This document shows positions 1 to 12,754 of a DNA stretch of 64,000 nt, in pieces. Each line of letters begins with the position of its first letter. Position 1 is the stretch's first letter. Both the position numbers and the translations under genes were made by a program. This stretch comes from Octopus bimaculoides (taxonomy: Eukaryota): contig NC_068984.1 of assembly GCF_001194135.2 (NCBI RefSeq), forward strand, positions 106,243,875-106,307,874, given 5' to 3'. The notes beneath the pieces are model-generated. The model did not search any database, was not told the DNA's origin, and worked only from the letters and a program-made list of their open reading frames with translations.

Positions 1-14
1 CAGCTCGCCGCCTT

Positions 15-258
15 TCTCTTTCTGTTTCTTATTTCTTTATTGTCCACAAGGAGCTAAACATAGAGGGGACAAACAAGGACAAAAGGATTAAGTCAATTAC
101 ATCGACCCCAGTGCGTAACTCGTACTTAATTTATCGACCCCGAAAGGATGAAAGGCAAAGTCGACCTCAGCAGAATTTGAACTGAGAACGTAACGGCAGA
201 CGAAATACCGCTAAGCATTTCACCCGGCGTGCTAACGTTCCTGCCAGCTCGCCGCCTT
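15..258 (-). mobile_element. Cephalopod SINE, family B (head aaggcggcgagctggcag)
   Basis: The reverse complement starts aaggcggcgagctggcag and contains gagttcaaatt and the gtcgactttgcctttcatcctttcggggtcgataaa core. Many related copies occur in this window. Confidence 0.85.
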
Positions 259-380
259 TCTCTTTCTGTTTCTATTTACCCTTCCACTGCTGGTTGTAAT
301 CCTCGTGTGTATGAACGATGTGATGTAGCTGAAGTAAGAAAAACACTGAATAACAAAGAATGTCATGCTAGATGTCATGT

Positions 381-795
381 TTAACCGTCATGATACCAAC
401 CCACCCATGACTGTTCCAGCTTCTTTGATAAAGACTTTCTGTATAAATTGATCTAAATTAAAATTTCCCATTAGAATTTCATGTTGATTTATGTTCCAAT
501 TAGCAGCTTAATAAGGATCGAGATATTTTAGTAAATTCTTTATAATTTTCAAAATTAATTGAAAGAAATAGGGTGTAGTTCAAGAGAAATATGGTAACAA
601 AAACCCTTTAGCATTTAAACTAGCCATTATCTGGCCCCAAACTTTTTTCTACCTGTTTTATATTCAAACAAGCTAGTTCTGGCCTCTTCCACCTACCTAA
701 CAATGTCATTCAAAACTAAAGTAATCACGCCATTGAAATCTCAATGCTACAAGATAATGTATGATTAATTCAAATCAATGTGGTTGAACATGTAT
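381..795. mobile_element. Two fused TTAA-type (piggyBac-like) MITE remnants
   Basis: A ttaaccgtcatgatacc... element (381-600) runs directly into the cccttttagcatt-type end of the MITE family seen intact at 45395-45622. Confidence 0.6.
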
Positions 796-859
796 TACAT
801 TTGACAATAGTAATCTGAATGGTAAACGGTTACGAGAGATGACTACATCAGTATAAACA

Positions 860-1200
860 TGTGATGCATGTGGTGTGTAACTGACAGATAAAGAAGTGTC
901 AGGAGATCCAAGCAGAAATACATTTGTGGAGGAGAAAGATGGAGGAAGACATGAGCAGAAGTGGTAAAAGCTGAAATCAGAATGGTGAAGAGGACAAAGA
1001 AATGCAATAAACAGTAAGACACTGAATTGCAGAAGTCTCGTCTGAACTATGCAAGCATATAAATAGCAAGCCTTTGACAGTGTACCATGACCTCTAGTCT
1101 GGTAGTGTTTTAGACAACTTGGTGGCTTGAGGAGTATGCAAGGCATATTTTAAGATGCTGTCAGCAAAGAGAGAGTCATCAAAAGTGCAGTGACGAATTT
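860..1200 (+). mobile_element. Degenerate RTE-type LINE RT fragment
   Basis: aagcctttgacagtgtacca encodes (K)AFDSVP, the RT domain 3 motif. Surrounding frames are broken. Confidence 0.55.
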
Positions 1201-2507
1201 ACCATATAGATAGGTAGAAAGCAGACATAAAAATGATGATAATGGTAAGGATGATTCTGGAGTTGGTGGAGAAAAACTGTCATCACTTACCAATGTCTAG
1301 CACCACTGTGTTGTCAGCATTAATTTCAAAAAGCATCTGGCTCAGTAAAATGATGTTCTGTCCGGTTGATAAAACCTAAAAATAACAACAGAGGATGATA
1401 ATTGGAACTATGTATCTCATGATGTTATAATCGTCCTATACATTACCTTGAATGAAGCAGTCTGATAAAATGGAAAACTGTGATAATGATGATGCTAGCG
1501 ATGATGGCGGTAAGTGGGGTGGTAGTGAAGATACTGATGGAGATAATGATAACAAACTAATGAAAGGGAAAATAATAAATGAGGAAGATGATGGTGATGT
1601 GGCGCTCTTTTTCTTTTCTCTTCCACTTTTCCACTTGCAATGCATCCCACCCTATTGTTGGCTTGAAAATCATAATGAGGACCTATGAAAGATTTTTCTT
1701 TCATGTACTTTAATCAATAGAAACTGAAGACAGTTGGTCATGTGTGATTTGAGAAAAAAATGCCTATCGAATGACAGTTTATTTTGCTTATATCTGAGAG
1801 AGAGAGAGAAGTTTGGTTTTTTTTTTCCCCCCAGATATATATTGATACGTTTCTGATACACAAAATGTAATAAGGTATTTTCAATTCGAGGAAATTTACT
1901 GCAGTTAATTTCTTATGTTCACTATATTTCTTACTACCACCGTTTCTACCACAATTAGAAGCAGCATCAACATCAACACCACCGCCACTGTTTAAGAGAA
2001 AATAGTCCAAGAGAAATAATTCAGCATTGAGTAATCTCCCTTTATAACATTTTCATTCTAACTTAATTACGAGAGGAGAAATCTTTTATAAACTAAAGGG
2101 CAACATGTACCATCTTATCTTCTTGTGCGCTTGTTTGAAGAGGCAGCTGGTGACCCAAAGATGTAAATTATTTCAACATACACTCATGTAACGTTTTGAC
2201 TCCACTTACATTACTAACATGCAATTAAAGTCATTCAAACGTTTTTTACTCATAAATTTAAGGTTTTTATCTCACAAAGGATTATATTTTCCGAGTCAAG
2301 TGATAAACGGATATCCCAAACACTGTTTCGCATTATTTGGTCTGACAAAAGGTATTGATGTCACAAAATATTACCTTCTAACCTAAAAAAATCACAGAAG
2401 TTTAGGCTGGTCATTCAGAGGTCAACCATTACCTTTTGTATACCCACTCCAGAACAGTGATAAAATAACATCAGTGTTTCATTTCTTCACTTCAACCAAA
2501 TGTAAGT

Positions 2508-2885
2508 AGGCGCAGCTGTGACTGCGTGGTGAGAAGTTTACTTCCCAACCACATGGTTCTGGTTTCAAGCTAGGAAGTGTCATTTACTATAACCCTGGGT
2601 CAAACAAAGCCTTGAGTTGGCTTGGTAGACGGAAACTATCAGAAGCTTGTTGTATACAGGTATGTATTTATGTGCATCTGTCTTTGTGTTTGTATTTGAC
2701 TCTCACCACGACATGACAACCAGAGTTGGTTTGTTTATGTCCCTGTAATTTAGCAGTTCAGCAATAGAAAATTATAGAATAAGTGCCTGGCTTTAAAGTA
2801 CTGGGGCTAATTTGCTTGACTAAAACTCTTCAAGGTGGTGCCCCAACTTGGCCACAGTCCAGTGACTGAAACAAGTAAAAGGTAA
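2508..2885 (+). mobile_element. tRNA-headed cephalopod SINE, family A
   Basis: A tRNA-like A/B-box head (gctgtg..gtgagaag..ggttctggtttcaag), a central microsatellite remnant and a gactgaaacaagtaaaag tail. Shared with 10256, 41256 and 43728. Confidence 0.8.
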
Positions 2886-2899
2886 AGGATAAAAGATAT

Positions 2900-4270
2900 A
2901 TTGACAGTACAGTAGTGTGGTGGATAGAGTGATTAAAGACATGAAAGTAGGGAAAGCTGCTGGCCAATCAGGGATAGTTACAGAGATGCTCAAAATATCT
3001 GGTGAAGTAGGATACATGTTAGCTATTCAAATAGTTGATCAAGTAACACAGGGAAGTGTCATACTCGATCACTGGCATAGCAGTATCATTGTAAACTGCT
3101 ACACGGACAATGGAGATGCAGCAGAGAGGAGGAAACATAGAAGCTTAAAATTACTGGACCAGGCTATGAAGGTCATGGAGTGGGCCATAGAACAATCAAT
3201 CAGGAATTAAGTAAGCCTTGATGAAATGCAGGTGGGACAATTACAGGAGAAACAGTTAGTAAAAAGTAAACCAGTATACCTGGCCTTCATTGACAACTGT
3301 CACACCCTGTAATCTGATAGAAACTAAGGAAACTAGATGTAGATAAAAGGCATGTGAGAACTATATGAGATATGTACAAAGATGCAGTAATTAAATTGAG
3401 AATCAGCAATGAGTTTAAGAGACAAGTCTAGTACGAAGTTAGAGGGTTATCAATGCTTAGTCCTCAAGCCTTTCCTATTCATCATAATCTTACAAGTCAT
3501 CACAGAAAAATTCAAGACTAGCTGCCTATGGGGACTTCTATATCCTGATAACCTAGTTTTATCTACTGAATCCTCAGAAAAATCAAATAACGAATTCAAA
3601 GCATGTAAGTGAAATCTAGAAATAAGATTCTAATCTCAAGGTAAACTTAGCAAAAATGAAGGTTTAAATAGGAAGGAGCCTAACTGGCTCATTTGATGTA
3701 ATCAATAGGTTCTATTACATAGGCAACATAAATATCAGAGGTGGTGATTGTTCAGAAAGTGTAATAGCCAGGGTAAAAATACGTTAGAAAACATCAGGGA
3801 GATAGTATGTCTGTTGGAAACAAAGTTCTTTCTCTCAGAGTCACAAGTGGATTGTGTGATGTATGTGTGAGAATTGTGACACTACATAGTAGTGAGACAT
3901 GGGTCTTGAAGACTTGCAAAGGCTAGAAAGAAATGAAGCATGCTTTGATGTACAAGTAATGTTAGTGAGCATGTACATCAGAGTACAACTGAATTCAGAG
4001 CAAAATTGTGTATAAAAGAAGTCAGGTGTAGTACATATGAGAGGGAGCTGCGTTGTTATGGAAACGTGATACATATTAAAGACGATAAATTCCTAAGGAG
4101 GTGCAAAGCACTCCAAGTTAATGAAACCTGCAGAAGACAGAGACAAAGAAAAACTTGCTGAACATTGACCTGAAGATACTTCATGTCACAGAAGAAATGA
4201 CAAGATATATGGTGATATGTGGTACTGCAAAAGGCCTACCCACTTGCTAAGGTGAAATGTACTTTTGACA
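2900..4270 (+). mobile_element. Degenerate RTE-clade LINE (RT and C-terminal region)
   Basis: MKVGKAAGQSGIVTEMLKISGEVG...IVNCY...LKLLDQAMKVME matches the RTE at 57794-58400 in this window. Also LSPFLF-like and LLYPDNL (YADD-like) motifs. Confidence 0.88.
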
Positions 4271-4399
4271 TGAGGATAATGTTTAAAAATTAAGATACTT
4301 TGAACTCTACCAAGTATAAAATGTATCTCTTGCAGCTTCCCCTTTATTTTACACCCTTTGAATCATTACATCAACCACAATAATAATAATAATAATAAT

Positions 4400-5060
4400 A
4401 ATAGTAATAATAATAACAATCCTTTCTACTATAGGAAAAAGGCCTGAAATTTTGGGGGAGGGGTTAAATCGATTACATCAACCCCAGTGCTTGACTGGTA
4501 CTCATTTTATCGAAACCAAAAGGATGAAAGGCAAAGTCAACCTTGGTGGAATTTGAACTCAGAATATAAGGATGGATGAAATGCCACTAAGCATTTTACC
4601 CAGCATGCTGTGTTTAAATAATGGTTTCAAATTTTGGCATTAGGCCAGCAATTTTGGTAGAGGGAGTCAGTTGATTACATCAACCACAATAATAATAATA
4701 ATTCTTTCAACTAAAGGCACAAGGCCTGAAATTTCGGGGGAGGGAACTAGTCGATTGCATCAACTCCAGTGATTTACTGGTACTTATTTCATTAACCTCA
4801 AAAGGATGAAAGACAAAGTTGACCTTGGCAAATTTTGAACTTGTAACTTAAGTCTGGAAAAAATACCTCTAAGCATTTTGTTTGGTGTACTAATTATTCT
4901 GCCAGCTAACCACTTTAATGAGAGTTTCAGATTTTAGCAAAAGGTTAACAATTTTGGTGGGAAGAGGTTAGTCAATTACATTGGCCCTTAGTTGACTGGT
5001 ACTTTACTTTATTGACCCTAAAAGGATAAAAGTCAAAGTTCATCTCAGCAGGGTTTGATG
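4400..5060 (-). mobile_element. Cluster of 3-4 truncated family B SINEs separated by (AAT)n
   Basis: Repeated gattacatcaacccc / aaggatgaaaggcaaagtc blocks with (AAT)n runs at about 4378-4418 and 4687-4702. Confidence 0.8.
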
Positions 5061-5301
5061 ATGGTTTCTTATATAGATTGTAAACCAGACATTTTTTGGA
5101 AGACAGAAATATAGTGAATGGAATTTAGAGAACAGAATATAACTGGGATTTATTTGACCAACCCTTGATGTGTTAAATGGTACAGCTGATCCCTCAATAA
5201 AATGCGTGTTAATTCATTTTTGCTGGATATACGTTTCATCATGTTACTAAGCTGTATGTTACTACTGTATATCTAAGGCTAGTTACCATCAACACACTTA
5301 C

Positions 5302-5505
5302 CTCAGGCCATTTATGAGCAATTTGAAGAATCTTGTGAGTAAGCATCATCACAGAGAGATCTCTCTGTAGACATAGATAGCACAATGCCATAGCATTTTG
5401 TACTAGAGGTCTTAACAGTGAGGGACATGTTGACTGTTGTAACATTATGAAAAGCAGCTGGCTCACAAACTGGACACCTTCACCAATGGACTGTGAAGAG
5501 TCTAA
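5302..5505 (-). CDS. FOCAD: Focadhesin coding exon (204 bp, phase 0 to 0)
   Basis: Acceptor tttttatttttgtag, donor GAG|GTAAGT. Open for 68 codons (LDSSQSIGEGVQFVSQLLFIMLQQ...HKILQIAHKWPE) and in phase with the 7530 exon. Similarity to the recalled human segment is weaker. Confidence 0.9.
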
Positions 5506-5537
5506 CTACAAAAATAAAAAGAAAGAAAGAAAACAAA

Positions 5538-5760
5538 TTAACCCTTTGGCACTCAAATTATTCTGTCAAATGTAATGCTTATTCATTCACATTGTTTTGA
5601 ATTAATCATACATTATCTTGTATTTTTTATCAAGATGTTGATGATGTGGTTGTTTATTTTTAGAATGATATTGTAAAATAGGTGTGAGAGGCCAGATCTG
5701 GCTAGTGTGAACATAAAACAGGTAGAATATTTGGGCTAATTATGGCTGGTTTAAATACTG
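5538..5760 (+). mobile_element. TTAA-flanked MITE, right end truncated
   Basis: TTAA followed by ccctttggcactc. The body matches 45395-45622. Confidence 0.8.
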
Positions 5761-7529
5761 TATTTTTCAGCATACAAGTCAAATTTTTTAGACCCAAAGT
5801 TATAGCTAAAAAAGAGTAGGTCAACTGATAAAACAAGGCTGCTTTGAGTGACCAAAAATTCTATGCAAAATGCAGCAGGATTTGGAAAAATAGTGGCAAT
5901 ATTTGAATAGTTACACTACATGTTCACACTATATACTACTTGAACTTGTATGCTGGACATATGATAAACCAATCATTTACATATAATCAAATATTTTTTT
6001 TTTTTAAATCAAAATCGCTATGTATTTACATTTTGTTAAAAGTAACTCTATAATGTTGCTTGAAAAAATTAAAATACAAATCAGCTATTTGCAGAGTTAA
6101 ATTAAATTTCTATTGGAAAATTTCTAGTGAAGTAGTAAAAAAAACATAAAAATGACAGAAAGACAATTCAAACGATCATCATTGTCCTTATCATCATCAT
6201 TTTCATTCTGACATCTACTTTAGCTGACATGGGTTGGACAGTTTGACGAGAGCTGGCAAACAGGAGAGTTGCATCAGGTTTCAGTCTGATTTGGCTTCGT
6301 TTCTATGGCCAGATTCCCTTCCTAACACCAACCACTTTACAGTGTGTCCTGGGTGCTTTTACAATGTGTCAGTACAAGTGCTTTTTACATGGGACAGCAC
6401 AGGGCTTTTGCAGACCAATCCTAACCCACTCACAAGGCTTTGGCCAGCCTAGGACTGTAGTAGAAGACACTCACCCAAAGGGTCACATAATGGAACTGAA
6501 CCTAAACCCATGTGGTTAGGAAGTGAATTTATTCAGTTTTCAAATTTATGCTCTATGGCTAATGTGTTGACACAAATGAACAGTGTATGAAAGATCCTTT
6601 AGACCAAAGGCATTCCAGCTGTAACCTTTCTATTTACAAACAGTGTATCTACCCCATTCGATGTGTCTTCTATCTTTTTAAGATAGTGGGGTTTGATTTG
6701 AGGAAGATATGGTTACTATTTCCTGCAAGTTGTCCAGCAGCTTCTTTGCTGCTTTATTTAACAATTTGTGTTAGAAGAAAATGTAGAGCAATGACTCCCT
6801 TTGGTGAACACAAAGAGAGAAATAAAGAAAAATCAAAAGTTCTTGAACTGAACATGTAGCAAAGAAACCTTTGATGTAGAAAAGTTATACTAAGTTATAG
6901 CCTTGTTGAGGTTTAAACCATCTTGTATACATGAACATTGGTAGTTTCAGAATTACTGTAAGCACTACAACTACTACTACCACCACCACCACTATCAAAT
7001 CACCACGAACACAACTACTACTACCGTCACCACGACCACAACCACAACCGCCCCCAGCACCACCACCCAAGTGACCAACACTGTATGAGGGGGTCATACG
7101 ATCAAAGGCATTCCAGTCATGACCATCCCAATTATAATGTATCTTCTCTCTTTTTAAGGTGGTAGTGTCTGATCTGGAGGAGATTTGACTGGTATGCACA
7201 GCAGTTTGCTGGAAAAAAATATCAGCCAAATCTTAAAATGGTAATCCCTATTCTTAGCTAAATATCTAACTGAGAGTGATGGTTGGTGCTTTGAGATACC
7301 AACAGGTCAAAAATGCAGCGACCCTAATGTTTGCCTATCTGATAAGCTTCTATATACTATTCACCTTCCCAATTTCATTTAAGGCTTGGGTCCGAGACTA
7401 TTGTAAAACACATTTAGCTGAGCTGGAGCATAATCTGATCAATCCTTTCACCTCATGATTGCAGAGTAAACTTTCTTCATCATTTGCTCATCTACATTTA
7501 CATTATGACCAACAATGCAATTAACCAAC

Positions 7530-7722
7530 CTGGATATACGGTACCATGGAGCACAGGAAGCCTACGTATTGATCATCATCGACAGACGTAGCTAAGTAGG
7601 CTTGCTGAAATAGAATCTGCTGTATGGCAAGGCGAAGAGGCATCGTGGAATCCTGACGGACAGGGTCCAAAATTATATAGAGCAGAAATGGTTTCAGGAT
7701 TGCAACAGCATTTGAAGATATT
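7530..7722 (-). CDS. FOCAD: Focadhesin coding exon (193 bp, phase 2 to 0)
   Basis: Acceptor ttttttcttcccccatag, donor CAG|GTTGGT. Translates ISSNAVAILKPFLLYIILDPVRQDSTMPLRLAIQQILFQ...FLCSMVPYIQ, versus recalled human IQIMAPFLWYLYCEPSQLQEYAKLRLALLKVLLQ...LCCDIVPCLQ. Confidence 0.95.
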
Positions 7723-7951
7723 CTATGGGGGAAGAAAAAAGAAAACAAAATAAGAAGCATAAGATAATTGCTGATCAAAAGTGGACACACACACACACAC
7801 ACATTTATTCAACAAGACCATCAAGTATGATAAATGCTATCTATTGACAAGGGCTTCTAGAGGAAATGAAGCTCATATTCCTACCATTAAAACATCATTA
7901 ACAACAAACCTTAATATTTAATCTGCTATTTTATGCAAATAATTCACTTAC

Positions 7952-8053
7952 ATCTCTTTCTGATGGACACATATTTGGTATATTTGCTGCTGTAGAAGAG
8001 GCCAACTCTCTGGACGATTTGTACACACAGTAATGAATGGATGAGGTGGGGTT
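7952..8053 (-). CDS. FOCAD: Focadhesin coding exon (102 bp, phase 2 to 2)
   Basis: Acceptor ttttattcttcccag, donor GAT|GTAAGT. Translates TPPHPFITVCTNRPESWPLLQQQIYQICVHQKE(I), versus recalled human NHPHPLITVLEHRPDCWPVFLQQL. Confidence 0.95.
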
Positions 8054-9189
8054 CTGGGAAGAATAAAACACAAAACAGCACATCAAAATCATAAAATTCT
8101 ATGTGAAAGCAATGTAAACATTACATCTGAAAAAAGAATTAAGTCAGTGGAAACATCTATGTTCCACAAAATTTATATAGTTAACCTTATTAGTGAGGAC
8201 AAATTGCTGCTGTGGCCACCAACATCATTATCATCATCATTTTAATGCCCTCTCCTATGTATTGTTCATGTAGAATTTATTGAAGCAGATTTTTCTATGG
8301 CCAGATGCCCTTCCTGTTGCTAACCCTTGCCTGATTAAAAGCAAGGTAATATTTTGCATCGTTGGACATGCAAAATTGAAAACAGTTCGGATACTTATTG
8401 ATCAAACTATGTATACATATATTGTTCAAATTTATAGAAAACAAAAGACAAAGACAGGTGAGGGAATACATGCTTAGAAAGAATGGAAAAGTCTTTGATG
8501 TTTCAAGCCTATGCTCTTTGACAGAAAAGATGAGGGAGAAAAAATGGAGAGGGGTAGGGATTAATGGTTTAACATGGTATGTATATCACCGAAGAAAGAT
8601 GTGGCTTGCTGCATGAGGTTGGTGATTTTGTGTTGTCTTATTTTTTTTAGCTCTTATTTCTGGCAATTGCAGGTGCTATTTTACACCATCAATTATGAAT
8701 CTTGCCCTTTTGGTTTTGATTGCTATAGCCACCTATATTATAATGTATTTAAAATATCATAACACATTAATTTACTATTACAATATCTCATTGTATTTTT
8801 ATATACACTTTAACTGTTTTGAATTTTAGCATTCACTGTTCAATGGTTATTTTTTTTCTCTCATGAGCAAATGGAAAGCAAGCTATTTCTTTAACCCAGA
8901 GTAAATTGCAGAAACCCCTGAAGAGAAACAAGACCATGGAAGTTAAATTTTGAAATCACGTGGTAGGGTTTTATCAAACTTCTTCATTCTGTGAGTTTAT
9001 CTTGCTGAAGAAAGATGTTGTGGCTTGCCACTCACAGTCCCTGAATATCTCATGAGGTTGGGGATTATGTGTGGCTATCTGAGTTATATGTTTTAGCTCT
9101 TATTTCTAGCAGTTGCAGGTGCTATTTTGCATCCTCATTTATGAATTTTGGCTTTTTGGTTTTAATTGCTATAGCCACCTACATTATAA

Positions 9190-9546
9190 TCATCATCATC
9201 ATCATCATCGTTTAACGTCCGCTTTCCATGCTAGCATGGGTTGGACGATTTGACTGAGGACTGGTGAAACCGGATGGCAACACCAGGCTCCAGTCTAATC
9301 TGGCAGAGTTTCTACAGCTGGATGCCCTTCCTAACGCCAACCACTCAGAGAGTGTAGTGGGTGCTTTTACGTGTCACCCGCACGAAAACGGCCATGCTCG
9401 AAATGGTGTCTTTTATGTGTCACCCGCACAAGCCAGTCCAGGGGCACTGGCAACGATCTCGCTCGAAAATCCTACGGGAGCCAGTCAGGCGGTACTGGCA
9501 ACGGCCACGCTCGAAATGGTGCATCTCATGTGCCACCCGCACAAGA
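9190..9546 (-). mobile_element. RTE LINE 3' UTR/tail fragment with (CAT)n tail
   Basis: Reverse complement of the 3' end of the RTE at 58700-58940 (aatcgtccaacccatgctagcatgg...gatgatg). Cut by an N gap. Confidence 0.88.
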
Positions 9547-10255
9547 NNNNNNNNNNNNNNNNNNNNNNNNNNNNNNNNNNNNNNNNNNNNNNNNNNNNNN
9601 NNNNNNNNNNNNNNNNNNNNNNNNNNNNNNNNNNNNNNNNNNNNNNNNNNNNNNNNNNNNNNNNNNNNNNNNNNNNNNNNNNNNNNNNNNNNNNNNNNNN
9701 NNNNNNNNNNNNNNNNNNNNNNNNNNNNNNNNNNNNNNNNNNNNNNNNNNNNNNNNNNNNNNNNNNNNNNNNNNNNNNNNNNNNNNNNNNNNNNNNNNNN
9801 NNNNNNNNNNNNNNNNNNNNNNNNNNNNNNNNNNNNNNNNNNNNNNNNNNNNNNNNNNNNNNNNNNNNNNNNNNNNNNNNNNNNNNNNNNNNNNNNNNNN
9901 NNNNNNNNNNNNNNNNNNNNNNNNNNNNNNNNNNNNNNNNNNNNNNNNNNNNNNNNNNNNNNNNNNNNNNNNNNNNNNNNNNNNNNNNNNNNNNNNNNNN
10001 NNNNNNNNNNNNNNNNNNNNNNNNNNNNNNNNNNNNNNNNNNNNNNNNNNNNNNNNNNNNNNNNNNNNNNNNNNNNNNNNNNNNNNNNNNNNNNNNNNNN
10101 NNNNNNNNNNNNNNNNNNNNNNNNTTTCAGCGCACCCACCCCCACTACTAACTTGGTCGCCCAGATAGAGGAAGCTATCGACTACCTCTAGTTTTTCACC
10201 CTGGAATGAGATAGAAGTTGTTTCGTATTTAATATATCATCATATCTCATTATAT

Positions 10256-10615
10256 ATGGAGTGGCTGTGTGGTAAGTAGCTTGCTTACCAACCACATGGT
10301 TCCGGGTTCAGTCCCACTGCATGGCACTTTGGGCAAGTGTCTTCTACTATAGCCTTGGGCTGACCAAAGCCTTGTGAGTAGATTTGGTAGACGGAAACTG
10401 AAAGAAGCCTGTCATGTGTGTGTGTGTGTGCGTGCCCAACATCGCTTGACAACTGATGCTGGAGTGTTTATGTCCCCGTAACTCAGTGGTTCGGCAAAAG
10501 AGACCAATAGAATAAGTACTAGGCTAAGATAGAATGTCCTGGGGTCGATTTGCTCGACTAAAAAAAGGCGGTGCTCCAGCATAGCCACAGTCAAATGACT
10601 GAAACAAGTAAAAGA
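10256..10615 (+). mobile_element. tRNA-headed SINE, family A (near full length)
   Basis: ggagtggctgtgtggtaag...ggttccgggttcagtccc head, (TG)n middle, gactgaaacaagtaaaagag tail. Confidence 0.9.
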
Positions 10616-12282
10616 GAGATACATAAAAGGTTTATTTCAGTTTGTGTCTATCAAATCTGCTCGCAAAGCTTTGGTTGGCCTGTGGCTATAGTTGAAGACA
10701 CCTACCCAAGGTGCCATGCAGTGGAACTGAACCTGAAATCTAAACTACTAATCATAAATTGGTATTGTTGTTATTGCAAGGGAATTAAAAGGCAAAATTC
10801 ATTTCTTTTTTTTAATTTTGAGAAACTTTATGCCTTTATTCTGAGTTTTGGGTCATGGATTCCATAAAAAAAACTTCAACAAGTATTTTAACTTTTGTTA
10901 ATGCTTAGAGAGGGAGAGGGAGAGGGGGAGGCGGAGAGAGAGGGGGGGGGAGAGAGGGAGAGAATGCTGGTGACAGGTCGTTTTTATCACTAATTTTAAG
11001 AAATGATAATAACAATGATTTCAAGGTGTTACATAATTTTCGGCATTCACTATAAATTAACTCCACTATATTCTGAATCTCTATGGCATGTGATGAAGAA
11101 TAAGAAAAGGAAGCAAGATATTTTCAATTTCTTGTGAAAGACATTTTTCTTCCTGGACATCGTTAATGCCAACTTAATTTCCCCCTCTAACACACATTTG
11201 TTGCCTTCTCATGTAATAAAAAATAAATATGATAAATGGGTATATGATAAGTATCAGCGTAAGTTTACAATCTACTTTTAATTTTAGTTTTACTCCTCCA
11301 ACATAATCAACGTTATTGCAACATTATCAATCACTACCCAGTCACCAATTCTCGACTGAAGAGTCCTTGTGCTTTCCTAATGAAGAAATCAATGTTATGA
11401 AAGTATCAAAAATACCAATAGTTTTCTTCAATTAATGATATTTTGCAAGTGTTTATGCCCTTCTTAATAAAAACCTTGTGATTGGTTATGTCTTTAGATT
11501 AATCTTTAACTCTTTAGCATTTAAACCAACTGTATCTGGCCCAAATATTTTTTCCTGTTTTATGTTCGAAATGGCCAGATCTGGCCTTCCACACCTACCC
11601 TACAAAGTCGTTCCAAAAATATGCAATCACATCAGTGAAATCTCAAAATTCAAAATAAAGTTAATAAGCATAAATAAGACAGAGTTAGCTTTTCCTCGAT
11701 ATCACCAATCTTTTCACACCAAATTTCTATATATTCATAATTTATATACTCTGAAAGGCATTTGTAGAATTTTTATCTAAAAAAACATATTTTTCTGAAA
11801 GTTATGAGGAGACAATGCTGACACATGTGAATTTCCTGAAAATCCTCTCCCACTTTCTTTAAAAATTTATTTTTTCACTACAAATTCCAATATAATTGGA
11901 ATATACACCACCTGAAGGGTATTTGTAGAAAATTTCATTAAACAAGATTTTTATTTTTCTGGAAGTTATGAGGAAACAAAGTCAGTGGGGCACATTTGTG
12001 TATGTAGGCCCATTACTTTAACATAAATAATGCTAAGATTACATTGCTATTATATATTGACATATAGCTTCCTTCGCTTCACTTTCATTTTGTATGTATC
12101 AGTACATAATTACATAACATCATGCTATATATAAACAAAGAATATACTTATTTTGTTCAGTTTGCATCAATGTGAATGCGATGAGCTCAATTTTTTGCAA
12201 CATATAAATATAAACAGGATAATGGTATTTAGAATGATATTGTTTTCAATAACGAATACTAACAGTATCAAAAAATGCATCA

Positions 12283-12316
<34 letters not shown>

Positions 12317-12711
12317 TAAAATTTATTGGCAGTATTCAGGTAATAATTTTTCATTGCTTTATAAATGCCCATTCTTTTAACAAATTGCATTTAATCTTAA
12401 TTGCTCTACTTTATGTTTTCTATTATTGACGTTCATACTTCATTCATGTTGTATATCTTGCTAGCTTTTCCCCACATGCATGTCATATGTATACTTATGA
12501 ATATATGCTATAAGAATATATAACACAATGATATGCAACCAATGTAAAACAAGCTGTCTTAAAGATAGCTTGTTTGTACTAGTATATATTTAAAGATATA
12601 TATTTATTATTGTCAAATTTGTACTCTACAAAAGTATAAAGGAGTTCATCAGACTAATGTGAAATTATTTTTATTATAACTGTATATAAAAACAAACACA
12701 TAATAATAATA

Positions 12712-12746
<35 letters not shown>

Positions 12747-12754
12747 AATAATAA

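Noticed and set aside
2210-2341. Minus-strand AG...GT bounded segment as the next FOCAD exon
   Set aside because: All three frames contain stops.
1436-7229. Low-complexity ORFs (poly-D/G/V/H, for example 1452-1688 and 6885-7229)
   Set aside because: They are translations of (GAT)n, (CAC)n and similar microsatellites, with no splice signals or family motifs.
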